A DNA stretch of 64,000 nt from an uncultured delta proteobacterium. Its GTDB lineage: Bacteria; Desulfobacterota; Binatia; UBA9968. Positions 17,713 through 27,511 of the stretch are shown in pieces; within the stretch, counting starts at the first letter, position 1, and each line of letters starts with the position of its first letter. Position numbers and translations under genes: made by a program. Location: the NCBI GenBank assembly GCA_963727625.1, contig CAVSHR010000004.1:256001-320000 (forward strand). The letters run 5' to 3'. The notes under the pieces are model-generated. The model searched no databases and was not told the DNA's origin. It was given only the letters and a program-made list of their open reading frames with translations.

Positions 17713-18390
17713 CTAGAAGATACCCAAATAGAGTTTCAACAGGAACTCGGTCGGCGGATCGATAATATGATCCAACGTGCGCGTCATCAACAGCACGATC
17801 AGAATAATGAAGCCGAAGGGCTCGACCCTCGCCACCTTGAGCGAGAGGGTACGTGGCAACAGGCCGACCAGCACGCGACCGCCGTCCAGCGGCGGCAAGG
17901 GCAACATATTGAACACCGCCAACGTGACGTTGATCAAAATCCCGTTCTGCGCCATCAGAACGATCGGCACAAAAAAATTGGCGATCCCGGAAACCGAAGT
18001 CGATTGGGCTTGGAACCCGGTCATGGGCGCCAGCAGTTTCCAAATGATCGTGAACAAAGCGGCGAGCAAAAGATTCATCGCCGGGCCGGCGGCCGCGACC
18101 CAGATCATATCCCGCTTGGGATTGCGCAGATTGTGAAAGTTCACCGGAACTGGTTTGGCGTATCCGAAAACGAACGGCGAATGGGCCAAGATCAGCATCA
18201 AAGGCACGAGAATTGTGCCAAAAAGATCCACGTGAGCGAACGGATTGAGCGTCAATCGGCCGAGCTTCTTCGCGGTCGGATCGCCGAGCCGATTGGCTAC
18301 CCATCCATGGGCAACCTCATGGAACACCACCGCCACCAGCACCGGCAGGGCCCAAATAATAATTTGACCGACGATTTCTTCCAAGACCAT
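17713..18390 (-). CDS. Site-2 protease (M50)
   Basis: HEVAH, AGPAMN, FNMLPLPPLDG. Confidence 0.93.
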   Translation of the reverse strand: MVLEEIVGQIIIWALPVLVAVVFHEVAHGWVANRLGDPTAKKLGRLTLNPFAHVDLFGTILVPLMLILAHSPFVFGYAKPVPVNFHNLRNPKRDMIWVAAAGPAMNLLLAALFTIIWKLLAPMTGFQAQSTSVSGIANFFVPIVLMAQNGILINVTLAVFNMLPLPPLDGGRVLVGLLPRTLSLKVARVEPFGFIILIVLLMTRTLDHIIDPPTEFLLKLYLGIF

Positions 18391-18530
18391 CTCACGGGAG
18401 AGTTACTTAGTATGAATACGGCAAGCGTGGGCAAAAGACAAGGCGGAGAACAAAGCCATTCGAGCGCTGGAGTATCGGAAAATTGGAGTAAGCATGACCC
18501 AGCCCCTCTTCCCAACTCTCCAACGCTCGA

Positions 18531-19478
18531 TCACTCAAGGACTCCACCACCCCTTTGCCCTCTGCCGTCCTTCTCTCTCGGATGAAACTCCCGGTGAACT
18601 TTTTTCAGCCGCGCACCGTCGACATGGGTGTAAATCTGCGTCGTGGAAATATCCGCATGGCCCAACATCGATTGTACGGACCGCAAGTCCGCGCCGCCTT
18701 CGAGCAAATGGGTGGCGAACGAATGGCGCATGGTATGCGGCGTCACGCGTTTCTCGATCCCCGCAAGCAGCGCGTAGCGCCGAATAATCTTCCAGAAACC
18801 TTGGCGGGTCAAAGGATTTCCCGAGCGATTGGTAAAAATGAACGGGCTGCTTTTGCCTTTGAGTAAAATCGCTCTTCTCTGGTTCAAGTAGCTCCAGAGT
18901 TTGTCCCTGGCCCATTTGCCGAAAGGCACCGCCCTCACCTTCGATCCTTTGCCTTTGACCGTAAGATAATTGCCCTGGAAATTGATTTGTCGGGTCTCAA
19001 GCCGCACCAGCTCCGAAACCCGCAGGCCGGTGGCGTACAAAAGTTCCAGCATCGCCTGGTCCCGCGCGCCGAGTAGCTCGATTGGGTCGGGCGCGCTCAA
19101 TAGCTTTCGCACATCGTCGCCGGACAAAGTCTGCGGCAGCTTTCTTGGCCCGGGAGGGAGAAAGATAGTCGGTAACGGGCTTTCTTTGAGCAACCCTTCG
19201 CTCACGAGAAAAACCAGGAAGCGGCGCAGCGTGACCACGTGACGGGCGATGCTTCTCGGATTTAAACCTCGAGCGCGTAGCGAGCTCAAAAACGCGCGCA
19301 GCTGCGCGCCGTCCACGTCACGCCATTCGGCTGCGCCGTGCGCAAGCAGAAACTCCGCAAGCCCGGCGAGGTCACGTGCGTAAGCGTCCACGGTGTTTCG
19401 GGCCAGCCCCCTTTCCACCGTCGCCACCGCCAGGAATGCGTCAATGGAGGGGCTGATCGAGTCTTTCTTCGGCGTCAT
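18531..19478 (-). CDS. xerD: Tyrosine recombinase XerD
   Basis: RDQAMLELLYATGLRVSEL, TRQGFWK, HTMRHSFATHLL, LGHADISTTQIYTH. Confidence 0.93.
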   Translation of the reverse strand: MTPKKDSISPSIDAFLAVATVERGLARNTVDAYARDLAGLAEFLLAHGAAEWRDVDGAQLRAFLSSLRARGLNPRSIARHVVTLRRFLVFLVSEGLLKESPLPTIFLPPGPRKLPQTLSGDDVRKLLSAPDPIELLGARDQAMLELLYATGLRVSELVRLETRQINFQGNYLTVKGKGSKVRAVPFGKWARDKLWSYLNQRRAILLKGKSSPFIFTNRSGNPLTRQGFWKIIRRYALLAGIEKRVTPHTMRHSFATHLLEGGADLRSVQSMLGHADISTTQIYTHVDGARLKKVHREFHPREKDGRGQRGGGVLE

Positions 19479-22158
19479 TTTGGGGCAGCAAATTTTCGCG
19501 CAGAAATTCACGAATATGTTCGACCCGGACGGCATCCAAGATTTTATCGCCCTGCTCCTCGGTAACGTAAAAGACGTCTGCTACTTGGTCCACGTTGGTG
19601 GAGATTTTGGCGACATGAATCGACAGAGCGAGACGGTGCAGCGCGTAAGCGATCGTAAAAAGAATGCCGATGCGATCTTCCGTGAAGACCTCGATGATTG
19701 TGAAATCATCGGACGCCTCGTTGTCGATATTGACGACGGTGGACACCTTCGGCGCGCGTCGTTGCAGAAACACCGAGGGCTTGGAGGAAGCCACCAGATT
19801 GGCCACATCGATTTTGCCCTCTAAAACGCCTTCAAGCACGATGCGGAACTTCGTCCACTTTTGCTCCACCATCACCAATTCCGGCCGGCCATGATGAGAA
19901 ATTCGAAACACGTCAAGAATCCGACCGTCGCTGGCGGTGAAAATCCGCGCATTAAGAATATCGAGGCGAAGCGAGGTTAAAACGCCGGTGATCGACGCGA
20001 ACAGCCCTGGACGGTCTTCGCAGCACACGATGACCGAGGTGCAGTCGCGCTCGGGATAGTGTTCCACCGACACGGCCGCCTTCTTGCCGCGATTCCGTTC
20101 CATCAGCTCAAAATGACCGGGAATCTCCTCTTCCGGCGTTGCCAGGAAATAGCGCTCGGGCATGGCGTCGAGAAAACTCTCGACTCTTTCTTCTTTATGA
20201 TCTTTGAGCAGCAGCCGACGCACGCGGGCCTGCGTCCTGCGGATCGCGGCGCGCACGTCCTGGCGCTGGAACTCGCCCTTCTCGACCTCTTCCAAGAGAT
20301 TCAAAGCCTTGACGTAAAGCTCGCCCAGCAATGAAGCCTTCCAGGGATTCCAGACATCGGGGCCGACTGCTTTCACGTCGGCGAAGGTCAGCAGAAAAAG
20401 CATCTTCAGATTATTCACGCTGCCCATCGTCTTGGCAAAGTCGAAGATGGTTTTGTCGTCTTCCAAGTCGCGGCGAAACGCCGTGTGGGTCATCAGCAGA
20501 TGATGGCGTACGAGAAATTCGACCAGGGCACCGTCGTCGGCATTGAGGCGCATGCGGTGCGCGATCGGCCGCACCATGCGGGCGCCGATATCGGAGTGGC
20601 CGCCGCCAAAGCCCTTGCCGATATCATGGAACATCAAGCCCAGATAAAGCAGCTCGATCTTTTCCGCCTCGCGGGCAAGCTGAGTCAGCAAGGGCAAACT
20701 TTCAGCATAATCACCGGCGCGCAACCGCTCTATCTCTTTGATCAAACGCAAGGAATGCTGATCAACGGTGTAGATATGATAGGCGTCATGCAGGACCATG
20801 CACAAAAGCCGGCCGAATTCAGGAAGAAAGGCGCCTAGGACGCCGGCGCGGTGCATTTCCAGCAACGTCTCATACACCGATTCCTTCCATTTAAGGATGC
20901 TGAAAAAAGGCAGATTGGCGGCTGCCGAGCGGCGAAACTCATCGTCGACCAGATCAAGGTTTTGGCGCAGCATCTCCCGGGTTTCATGAGCTAATTGGCA
21001 GTTGTACTTCTGCATGTCATCGAAGATCCGGATGAGATTATCGGGACTGCTGCGAAGGACTTCCGGTTTGGTCACTGTCAGGTGGCCCTTTGACAAACGT
21101 ATTCCCTCGCGCAAGTTCCGGCCGAAAACGTAGGATGCGCCGAAGCGTGGCTTGTCGCACTCGGTGACACGGTGAATGATCAGCGACGATAGCCGGCTGA
21201 TCTGCGCCGCATGCAGATAATAGGTGCGCATGAACACTTCGACGGCGCGCAGGCTGCCTTCACGGGCGAAGCCCAGCGCGACGCTGACTTTTTCCTGCTG
21301 CTCAAAGGTCAGCTGGTCTTGATGTTTACCGGTGGAAAAATGCAGTTCGTTGCGTACCCGCAGCAAAAAATCCTGCGAGTCCTTTAGGTGCGCGATGTCG
21401 TCGGTGCCGACGATGCCGGCGAGCGCCAGGGCGTCCAAATCCTTGGCTTTGAGCATGGCTCGAGCGATCCAATGCGCCGTTTGAATATCTCTGAGTCCGC
21501 CCTCGCCTTCCTTCACTTCAGGTTCGAGCAGGTACACCGAGCTGCCGTATTGCTCATGGCGCGCTTGATTCTCGGCGAGCTTCTCGCGGAGAAAACGCTT
21601 GATGCCGTTTTTGAGCAGCCGTGACTCTACCTTTTTCTCGAATTCCTCGTAGAGCGAAAAGTCGCCGCATAAAAAGCGCACATCGAGCAAGGCCGTGCGC
21701 ACCCGCATGTCGCTTTCGGCTAGGCTAATGCAACCGGCCACGCTCCGAGTAGCGTGCCCGACTTGGAATCCGGCGTCCCACAGGGTGTGGAGCAACTGCT
21801 CCGTGAGGGCCTGAACGTCCTGGGACATTTTCCACGGGTAGAGAAACAAAATGTCGATGTCCGAGTGAGGATTCAATTCGCCGCGGCCGTAACCGCCCTG
21901 CGCGATCAAGGCAAACCGCCGGTTAGGCTCGGAGAACTGCTGGCCGCGGTCGGCGCTGATCGCCGTGAACAGATGGCGAATCAAGTGATCGATGACGGTA
22001 GCCCAAGCCGAAGCGACCTCCACGCCGCCGGCCCCCGCGCGGTGTCTTTCAAACAGCAAACGCCTCCCGTCGTAAATATACTTGCGCGCCATCGCCTTAA
22101 GGTTCTGCTCGCGTTGCGCGTCCTTGAGCAAGCCCAGTGAAATCGCTACGGCGTCCAT
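19441..22158 (-). CDS. glnD: [Protein-PII] uridylyltransferase
   Basis: GGYGRGELNPHSDID, KEGEGGLRD, HD domain (FHDIGKG), two ACT domains. Confidence 0.96.
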   Translation of the reverse strand: MDAVAISLGLLKDAQREQNLKAMARKYIYDGRRLLFERHRAGAGGVEVASAWATVIDHLIRHLFTAISADRGQQFSEPNRRFALIAQGGYGRGELNPHSDIDILFLYPWKMSQDVQALTEQLLHTLWDAGFQVGHATRSVAGCISLAESDMRVRTALLDVRFLCGDFSLYEEFEKKVESRLLKNGIKRFLREKLAENQARHEQYGSSVYLLEPEVKEGEGGLRDIQTAHWIARAMLKAKDLDALALAGIVGTDDIAHLKDSQDFLLRVRNELHFSTGKHQDQLTFEQQEKVSVALGFAREGSLRAVEVFMRTYYLHAAQISRLSSLIIHRVTECDKPRFGASYVFGRNLREGIRLSKGHLTVTKPEVLRSSPDNLIRIFDDMQKYNCQLAHETREMLRQNLDLVDDEFRRSAAANLPFFSILKWKESVYETLLEMHRAGVLGAFLPEFGRLLCMVLHDAYHIYTVDQHSLRLIKEIERLRAGDYAESLPLLTQLAREAEKIELLYLGLMFHDIGKGFGGGHSDIGARMVRPIAHRMRLNADDGALVEFLVRHHLLMTHTAFRRDLEDDKTIFDFAKTMGSVNNLKMLFLLTFADVKAVGPDVWNPWKASLLGELYVKALNLLEEVEKGEFQRQDVRAAIRRTQARVRRLLLKDHKEERVESFLDAMPERYFLATPEEEIPGHFELMERNRGKKAAVSVEHYPERDCTSVIVCCEDRPGLFASITGVLTSLRLDILNARIFTASDGRILDVFRISHHGRPELVMVEQKWTKFRIVLEGVLEGKIDVANLVASSKPSVFLQRRAPKVSTVVNIDNEASDDFTIIEVFTEDRIGILFTIAYALHRLALSIHVAKISTNVDQVADVFYVTEEQGDKILDAVRVEHIREFLRENLLPQNDAEERLDQPLH

Positions 22159-22165
22159 AAAGATC

Positions 22166-23452
22166 TTACAGCGTCTTCGCCATCATGTTTGATTGGCCGA
22201 ACTTTTGGATGCCCGAGAAGAGCGATTGCACCAGGGCGTCCTGATAGCTATCCCGGCTCATCGCCCGGCCTTCCTTGCGGTTGGTGATAAAAAACATTTC
22301 CACCAAAACGCTCGGCATGCGCGCACCGACCAATACGTAGAACAGCGCCTTTTTCACGCCCAAATCTTTGGTATCGCCCATGATTTTCGCCATGCCCTCG
22401 ACCAGCCCCCCCTGCAAGCGGTGCGCGAGAGTAATCGAATCTTCCAACTTCATGTTCTGCGTCATGTCGCTCAAGATAAATTGCAAATCGGAAATATTGC
22501 GGCGCGAGGTGCTGTTCTCTCGGGCGGCGAGCCGAATCGCGGCTTCGTCGGTGGTGTTGTCAAGGTAGTAGGTTTCGATTCCCTTGGCTTCTCTATTTGG
22601 GCTGGCATTCATGTGCAGCGAGATGAATAAATCCGCATCCTCGGCATTGGCCGTCGCCGTGCGCTCCTCAAGCGGCACGAAGCGATCGTCGTTGCGGGTC
22701 AAAACCACCTGCACACCCATCTCGTTTCTGAGTTTGCGGGCCAATTTTTTTGCAATCCTGAGCACGATGTCCTTCTCGGCGACGCCGCCGACGCCGATCG
22801 CGCCGGGATCCTTGCCGCCGTGGCCTGGGTCCAGAACAATTTTGCGCAAGCCGTTAACCGGCGGCGCGGGGTCCGACCGTTTCATCGTTGCAAGCGTTGC
22901 TGGACTCGCCGGTAGCGAAACCGCAGCCGCGTCGCTCACCGAGTTTGCCGCAGTCGTATTCTTGTTCTTGCCGAGTATATCGATGACCAGCCGCGACGGA
23001 TTCGGCAACATAAAAGCGTTGTGTGCCAGCAGCTTGTCCATGTCGAGAACGACACGGACAACGTCTGCGCTGTACTGTCCGACGCGAACTTGACGCAACA
23101 GGCCCTTGTCGACCGCGATCGGCTCTTTGAATGCCAACGCCAGTTTCGCCTTTTGCAAGTCGACATAGACGCGCGCCGGCATTCCCATTGCCGGATTTTC
23201 TTTCAATTGGCGCATGTCAAATTGTGTTTCCCGGGAGAGGTCGAGTAAAATGCGCGCGGAGTCTTTGCCCGTCTCGAGTCGAAGCCCGGTGACCTGGGCC
23301 ACGCCGTCGTTCACCGCAGCCGTGCTGTTTTGAGCCAGCGCAGATTGCATGAACTCGGCTACCGGCATCACCGCCAACAACAAAACGCCGGCAAACATCA
23401 GGATCGCGATCTTATGACATTTCATAGGCACTTTTGCCTCCGGGTAAGTCAT
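22166..23452 (-). CDS. N-acetylmuramoyl-L-alanine amidase (AMIN + Amidase_3)
   Basis: Signal peptide, VVRVVLD/PSRLVID AMIN, LDPGHGGKDPG, SLHMN, VLVE. Confidence 0.93.
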   Translation of the reverse strand: MTYPEAKVPMKCHKIAILMFAGVLLLAVMPVAEFMQSALAQNSTAAVNDGVAQVTGLRLETGKDSARILLDLSRETQFDMRQLKENPAMGMPARVYVDLQKAKLALAFKEPIAVDKGLLRQVRVGQYSADVVRVVLDMDKLLAHNAFMLPNPSRLVIDILGKNKNTTAANSVSDAAAVSLPASPATLATMKRSDPAPPVNGLRKIVLDPGHGGKDPGAIGVGGVAEKDIVLRIAKKLARKLRNEMGVQVVLTRNDDRFVPLEERTATANAEDADLFISLHMNASPNREAKGIETYYLDNTTDEAAIRLAARENSTSRRNISDLQFILSDMTQNMKLEDSITLAHRLQGGLVEGMAKIMGDTKDLGVKKALFYVLVGARMPSVLVEMFFITNRKEGRAMSRDSYQDALVQSLFSGIQKFGQSNMMAKTL

Positions 23453-26013
23453 TTCTTAGCTTCTTCAGTCAGACGATGAAGCGCATTGAGAGCTTCGATC
23501 GGCGTCATCGTGGAAACGTCGAGTTGGTTTAATTGGTCGAGCAGACGCGCCTCGGGAAAATCGAATAGGCCTATTTGCGCCGGCGATTCGGGTGCGCCGG
23601 TTGCATCCGCCAAATCGCCGCGGCGGTCCTGGCTGGTTTCCAAGCGCGCGAGAATTTCCTTGGCCCGGGCGATGACCTGTGTCGGCATGCCAGCCAAGCG
23701 CGCGACATGAATGCCGTAACTGTGGCTGGCGGCGCCATCGAGCAAATTGCGCAGGAAGATAATATCGCCGCGCCACTCCTTTACGGCAAAGTGAAAATTT
23801 TTAAGGCGTTCCTTGGTCTCGGCCAAATCGGTAAGCTCGTGATAATGGGTCGCGAACAACGTACGTGGCCGATGCGTCGAGTCATGCAGCGCTTCGGCGA
23901 CCGCCCAGGCGATCGAGATGCCGTCGAAAGTGCTCGTGCCGCGCCCGACTTCATCGAGCAAAATCAAACTACGCCGGGTCGCGTAATGTAAAATATTCGC
24001 GGTCTCTTTCATTTCGACCATAAAAGTCGATTCGCCGCGCGCCAGCGAATCGGCAGCGCCGATACGGGTGAAAATCCGATCGACGACGCCGATGGAAGCG
24101 TCGGCGCAGGGCACGAAGCTGCCCATCTGCGCCAAAATAACCAGCAATGCCACTTGGCGCATGTAAGTCGATTTGCCCGCCATGTTGGGGCCGGTGAGCA
24201 GAATAATTTGTTGGGATTCGGGATCGATGGCGCAGTCGTTGGGCACGAAGGCGCCGCGCCCCACCGCCGCTTCGACCACGGGGTGGCGGCCCTCGATAAT
24301 CGATAGACAACTGCCGCCGTTGACCCTCGGTATGACAAAGTGACCCGCTTCGGCGACTTCCGCCAAAGAGTTTAAAACGTCGATGACTGCCAGAGCATGG
24401 GCGATAGCTTTCAAAGCGGCATAATGGCCGGCGATTTGCACGCGCACCCGGGTCAACAGCGCTGCTTCCAATTTCTCGATCAAGCTCTCCGAGTTGAGCA
24501 CTTTCGCTTCGTACTCTTTGAGCTCCGGAGTGATATAACGCTCGCCGTTGGCTAGAGTTTGCTTGCGTAAGTAATCGTTCGGCACCGACTTGAGATTGGC
24601 TTTGGTCACTTCGATGTAGTAGCCGAACACGCGATTATAACGTACTTTGAGCGAGGAAATACCGGTGCGGCGGCGTTCGCCGAGCTCGAAGGTTTGAATC
24701 CAATCTTTGGCATGGGCGCGCATCCCGCGGATTTCGTCCAGCTCTGCATCGAATCCGGCGCGAATGAAACCGCCGCCTTTAATCACGAATGGCGGATCGT
24801 CGATGATCGCGCGCTCGATCAGGCCGATGACTTCCGGCAGGTCGCTCAAAGCATCCCGCAGATTCAAGAGGATCGGTGACTGAACCCCATTGAGTCGCTG
24901 GCGCAGCTCACCCACCCGGCGCAAAGTTTCTTTGATCGCGACCAGATCTTTGGGCACTGCGGTGCCGGCGACCGCCCGCGCGGCCAGCCGTTCGAGATCC
25001 TGGATTTTGGCCAGTCCTGCGCTGAGCTCTTGACGCAGCGCGTAGCTTTCCACCAACTCCTGGACGCCTTGGTGGCGTCTACGAATTTCCCGCTCGTCGA
25101 TGAGCGGATATAAAAGCCACTGGCGTAAACGGCGCGCGCCCATGGGCGTCAAGGTTCGGTCGAGTATAAACAACAGCGAGCCCTTGCGTGTGCCCCGATA
25201 ACTCGTGACGAGCTCCAAATTGGCGCGCGTGGACTCGTCCAAAACCAGATAATTCGACGCTTCGTAGGAGTCGAGCTCGCGCAACAGCTGAACAGACTCC
25301 GTCGCGTTGGCTTCCAGGTAGTGCAAAATCGCCGAAGCGGCGCGCACACCGTCCGATAGCGTGATCTCGGCAGTCGCCAGTTTGCCGGCTGCAGCAGCGT
25401 CGAAACTCTCGTCCGCAACCGCGGTGTAATGAATCGACGGCTGTTCCTTGTACAGCCGCTCGCGCAGACGCGCGTCCCGTCCGGGCAACAACAGCTCGCT
25501 GGGCTGAATGCGCCCCAGTTCGTCGAGCAGCGCCGCTTCTTCGACGATTTCCGTGCAGCGAAATTCGCCGGTCGTAATGTCGCTGACGGCCAGCCCAAAA
25601 ACGTCTGGCCCTTTGCATAAGGCCGCGAGAAAGTTGTTGCCGCGCGCATCTAGCGCCTCTACGGCGGTCACGGTCCCCGGCGTGATTACCCGCACGACTT
25701 CCCGTTTAACCACACCCTTGGCCATCGCCGGATCTTCGATCTGCTCACAGACCGCGACTTTGTGGCCGGCGTCGAGTAGTTTCTGGATGTAAGGCTCGGC
25801 CGAATGATAGGGCACGCCGCACAGGGGCACTCCGCCATCCTCGCTCTTGTGGCGCGAGGTCAGCGCGATGTCGAGAATTTTCGATGCCGTGTGGGCATCT
25901 TCGAAGAACATTTCGTAAAAATCGCCGAGACGAAAGAACAAGATGGCGTCGCGGTGGCGCTCCTTGATCTGCAGATATTGCTGCATCATCGGGGTGATTT
26001 TGGCCGCTTCCAT
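23449..26013 (-). CDS. mutS: DNA mismatch repair protein MutS
   Basis: TPMMQQY, GDFYEMF, TGPNMAGKST, STFMVE, DEVGRGT. Confidence 0.97.
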   Translation of the reverse strand: MEAAKITPMMQQYLQIKERHRDAILFFRLGDFYEMFFEDAHTASKILDIALTSRHKSEDGGVPLCGVPYHSAEPYIQKLLDAGHKVAVCEQIEDPAMAKGVVKREVVRVITPGTVTAVEALDARGNNFLAALCKGPDVFGLAVSDITTGEFRCTEIVEEAALLDELGRIQPSELLLPGRDARLRERLYKEQPSIHYTAVADESFDAAAAGKLATAEITLSDGVRAASAILHYLEANATESVQLLRELDSYEASNYLVLDESTRANLELVTSYRGTRKGSLLFILDRTLTPMGARRLRQWLLYPLIDEREIRRRHQGVQELVESYALRQELSAGLAKIQDLERLAARAVAGTAVPKDLVAIKETLRRVGELRQRLNGVQSPILLNLRDALSDLPEVIGLIERAIIDDPPFVIKGGGFIRAGFDAELDEIRGMRAHAKDWIQTFELGERRRTGISSLKVRYNRVFGYYIEVTKANLKSVPNDYLRKQTLANGERYITPELKEYEAKVLNSESLIEKLEAALLTRVRVQIAGHYAALKAIAHALAVIDVLNSLAEVAEAGHFVIPRVNGGSCLSIIEGRHPVVEAAVGRGAFVPNDCAIDPESQQIILLTGPNMAGKSTYMRQVALLVILAQMGSFVPCADASIGVVDRIFTRIGAADSLARGESTFMVEMKETANILHYATRRSLILLDEVGRGTSTFDGISIAWAVAEALHDSTHRPRTLFATHYHELTDLAETKERLKNFHFAVKEWRGDIIFLRNLLDGAASHSYGIHVARLAGMPTQVIARAKEILARLETSQDRRGDLADATGAPESPAQIGLFDFPEARLLDQLNQLDVSTMTPIEALNALHRLTEEAKK

Positions 26014-26020
26014 CTTGAGC

Positions 26021-26497
26021 TTATGCCGAGCCGCTGGGTTTTTCCTCGAAGCGCTGCGGGCGCCGGCGCCGGCGCAAACTGAGCATGGCGCGCTTGGCCT
26101 CGATATCCAGCTCACGCACCAAGCTGCCGATGCCGAGTGACAAGACGAATTGGCGCTTCATCGCGTCGAGAATCTTTTGCCGGTCGTTGGTAAGCACGAA
26201 CAGTTCTTCGCCGTCGGTCAAATATCGCAGAGACTCGACCGGCCGCACCGTGCTCGAAGTATTTTTCTTGAGCGGCCGCAGGCAGCGGCGGATCATCTGC
26301 AAACTGAAGCCATGATGGGCGAGATCTTTGACAACCTTGAGGCAGACCAGATCGTTAAACGAGTAAAGTCGCCGGGTGCCCCGTCCCTCTGCGAGCTTGA
26401 CCGACGGCCGGATAAAGTCTTGCTCGTCCCAATATTGCAACTGGCGCAAACTCACTCCGACGATCCGGCTCGCCGTCTTGCTATCGTAGGTTTCCAT
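26021..26497 (-). CDS. MerR-family regulator, Rv1830/McdR-like
   Basis: GVSLRQLQYW...IRPS...GRGTRRLYSFNDL...G.SLQ.IR...TDGE...QFVL. Confidence 0.85.
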   Translation of the reverse strand: METYDSKTASRIVGVSLRQLQYWDEQDFIRPSVKLAEGRGTRRLYSFNDLVCLKVVKDLAHHGFSLQMIRRCLRPLKKNTSSTVRPVESLRYLTDGEELFVLTNDRQKILDAMKRQFVLSLGIGSLVRELDIEAKRAMLSLRRRRRPQRFEEKPSGSA

Positions 26498-26514
26498 GAC
26501 GATCTCTTCGTGAA

Positions 26515-26566
26515 ATGAAAACAAGGATGTTTTCATGAGGGTAGACCGCAGGGCCGGAATTGTCAA
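26515..26566 (-). promoter_or_regulatory. Sigma70-type promoter with palindromic operator at the start site
   Basis: TTGACA(26566-26561)-17 nt-TACCCT(26543-26538), then perfect IR ATGAAAACA-N4-TGTTTTCAT (26515-26536). Confidence 0.7.
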
Positions 26567-26606
26567 TGAAACCTCTATTGACCGCTAACTGCGGTTATGG
26601 TGAAGA

Positions 26607-27422
26607 ATGTTTATGGCGCTTCCGGAAAATCTCTTGGTCGGTACGTCGAGTTGGTCAAGCAGCGATTGGCTCGGGCCGTTCTATTCTCCCAATCTCAAAC
26701 CGGGACAGTTCATCGAAGCCTATGCGCGCCGCTTCCGTGCCGTCGAGATCGATTCGACTTATTACAGCATTCCGTCGCCCCATGTGGTAACGAGTTGGCG
26801 GGAAAAAACACCGCAGGGCTTTGTCTTTACGGCGAAAATTCCCGGCGTGATCACCCATGAAAAAGTCCTTAAAGACTGCCAGGCCGAGTTTACGACTTTC
26901 CTGAAAAACATTGAATTGCTCGGGGATCGGCTCGGGCCGTTGCTTTTGCAGTTCCCCTACTTCAATCGTAAAGTCTTCCCGTCACGTGAACCTTTCGAAA
27001 GGCTGCTCAAACCGTTTCTTCAAGCATTACCAAAGGACTTTAAATTCGCCCTGGAGATCCGTAATAAAAATTGGCTTAGCTGGGATTTTCTCGAGCTTTT
27101 GCGCGACCACTCCGTGGCCTTTGCATGGGTGGCCCAGGCGTGGATGCCGCGCATCGATACCCTCGCCAAAGCGCTGGATTTGTTGACCGCCGACTTCGCC
27201 TACGTGCGCTTTATCGGCGACCGCAAGGGCATCGAAGCAAAGACAAACAAATGGGACAGGCTGATCGAAGACAAGTCTCCCGAAATGGCGGTGTGGATCA
27301 ACGAGCTTAAAAAAATCGTCAACAAGGGAGTCAAAACTTACGCGTTCTTCAACAATCACTACGCTGGTTTCGCTCCAGGCTCGGTCAAGCAGTTTGAAGA
27401 TCTGTGGGATAAGGTTGCCTAG
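26607..27422 (+). CDS. DUF72 family protein
   Basis: VGTSSW, VEIDSTYY, LLQFP, YVRF, FNNHYAG. Confidence 0.93.
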   Translation: MFMALPENLLVGTSSWSSSDWLGPFYSPNLKPGQFIEAYARRFRAVEIDSTYYSIPSPHVVTSWREKTPQGFVFTAKIPGVITHEKVLKDCQAEFTTFLKNIELLGDRLGPLLLQFPYFNRKVFPSREPFERLLKPFLQALPKDFKFALEIRNKNWLSWDFLELLRDHSVAFAWVAQAWMPRIDTLAKALDLLTADFAYVRFIGDRKGIEAKTNKWDRLIEDKSPEMAVWINELKKIVNKGVKTYAFFNNHYAGFAPGSVKQFEDLWDKVA

Positions 27423-27511
27423 GCGAATTTTTACTTGACCCGCGGTTGGGCATCGACGTATGTTTTGAGCCGATGGTTCGAGAAAAATAACTCTTGCCAC
27501 GGAGGTGATCC

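Noticed and set aside
17702-18304. 200-aa N-terminal extension of TrpS in the ORF track
   Set aside because: It overlaps the site-2 protease gene in another frame; TrpS homology begins at ATG 17701.
18531-19478. Tyrosine recombinase as a phage/ICE integrase
   Set aside because: It has XerD-specific motifs and sits in a housekeeping context.
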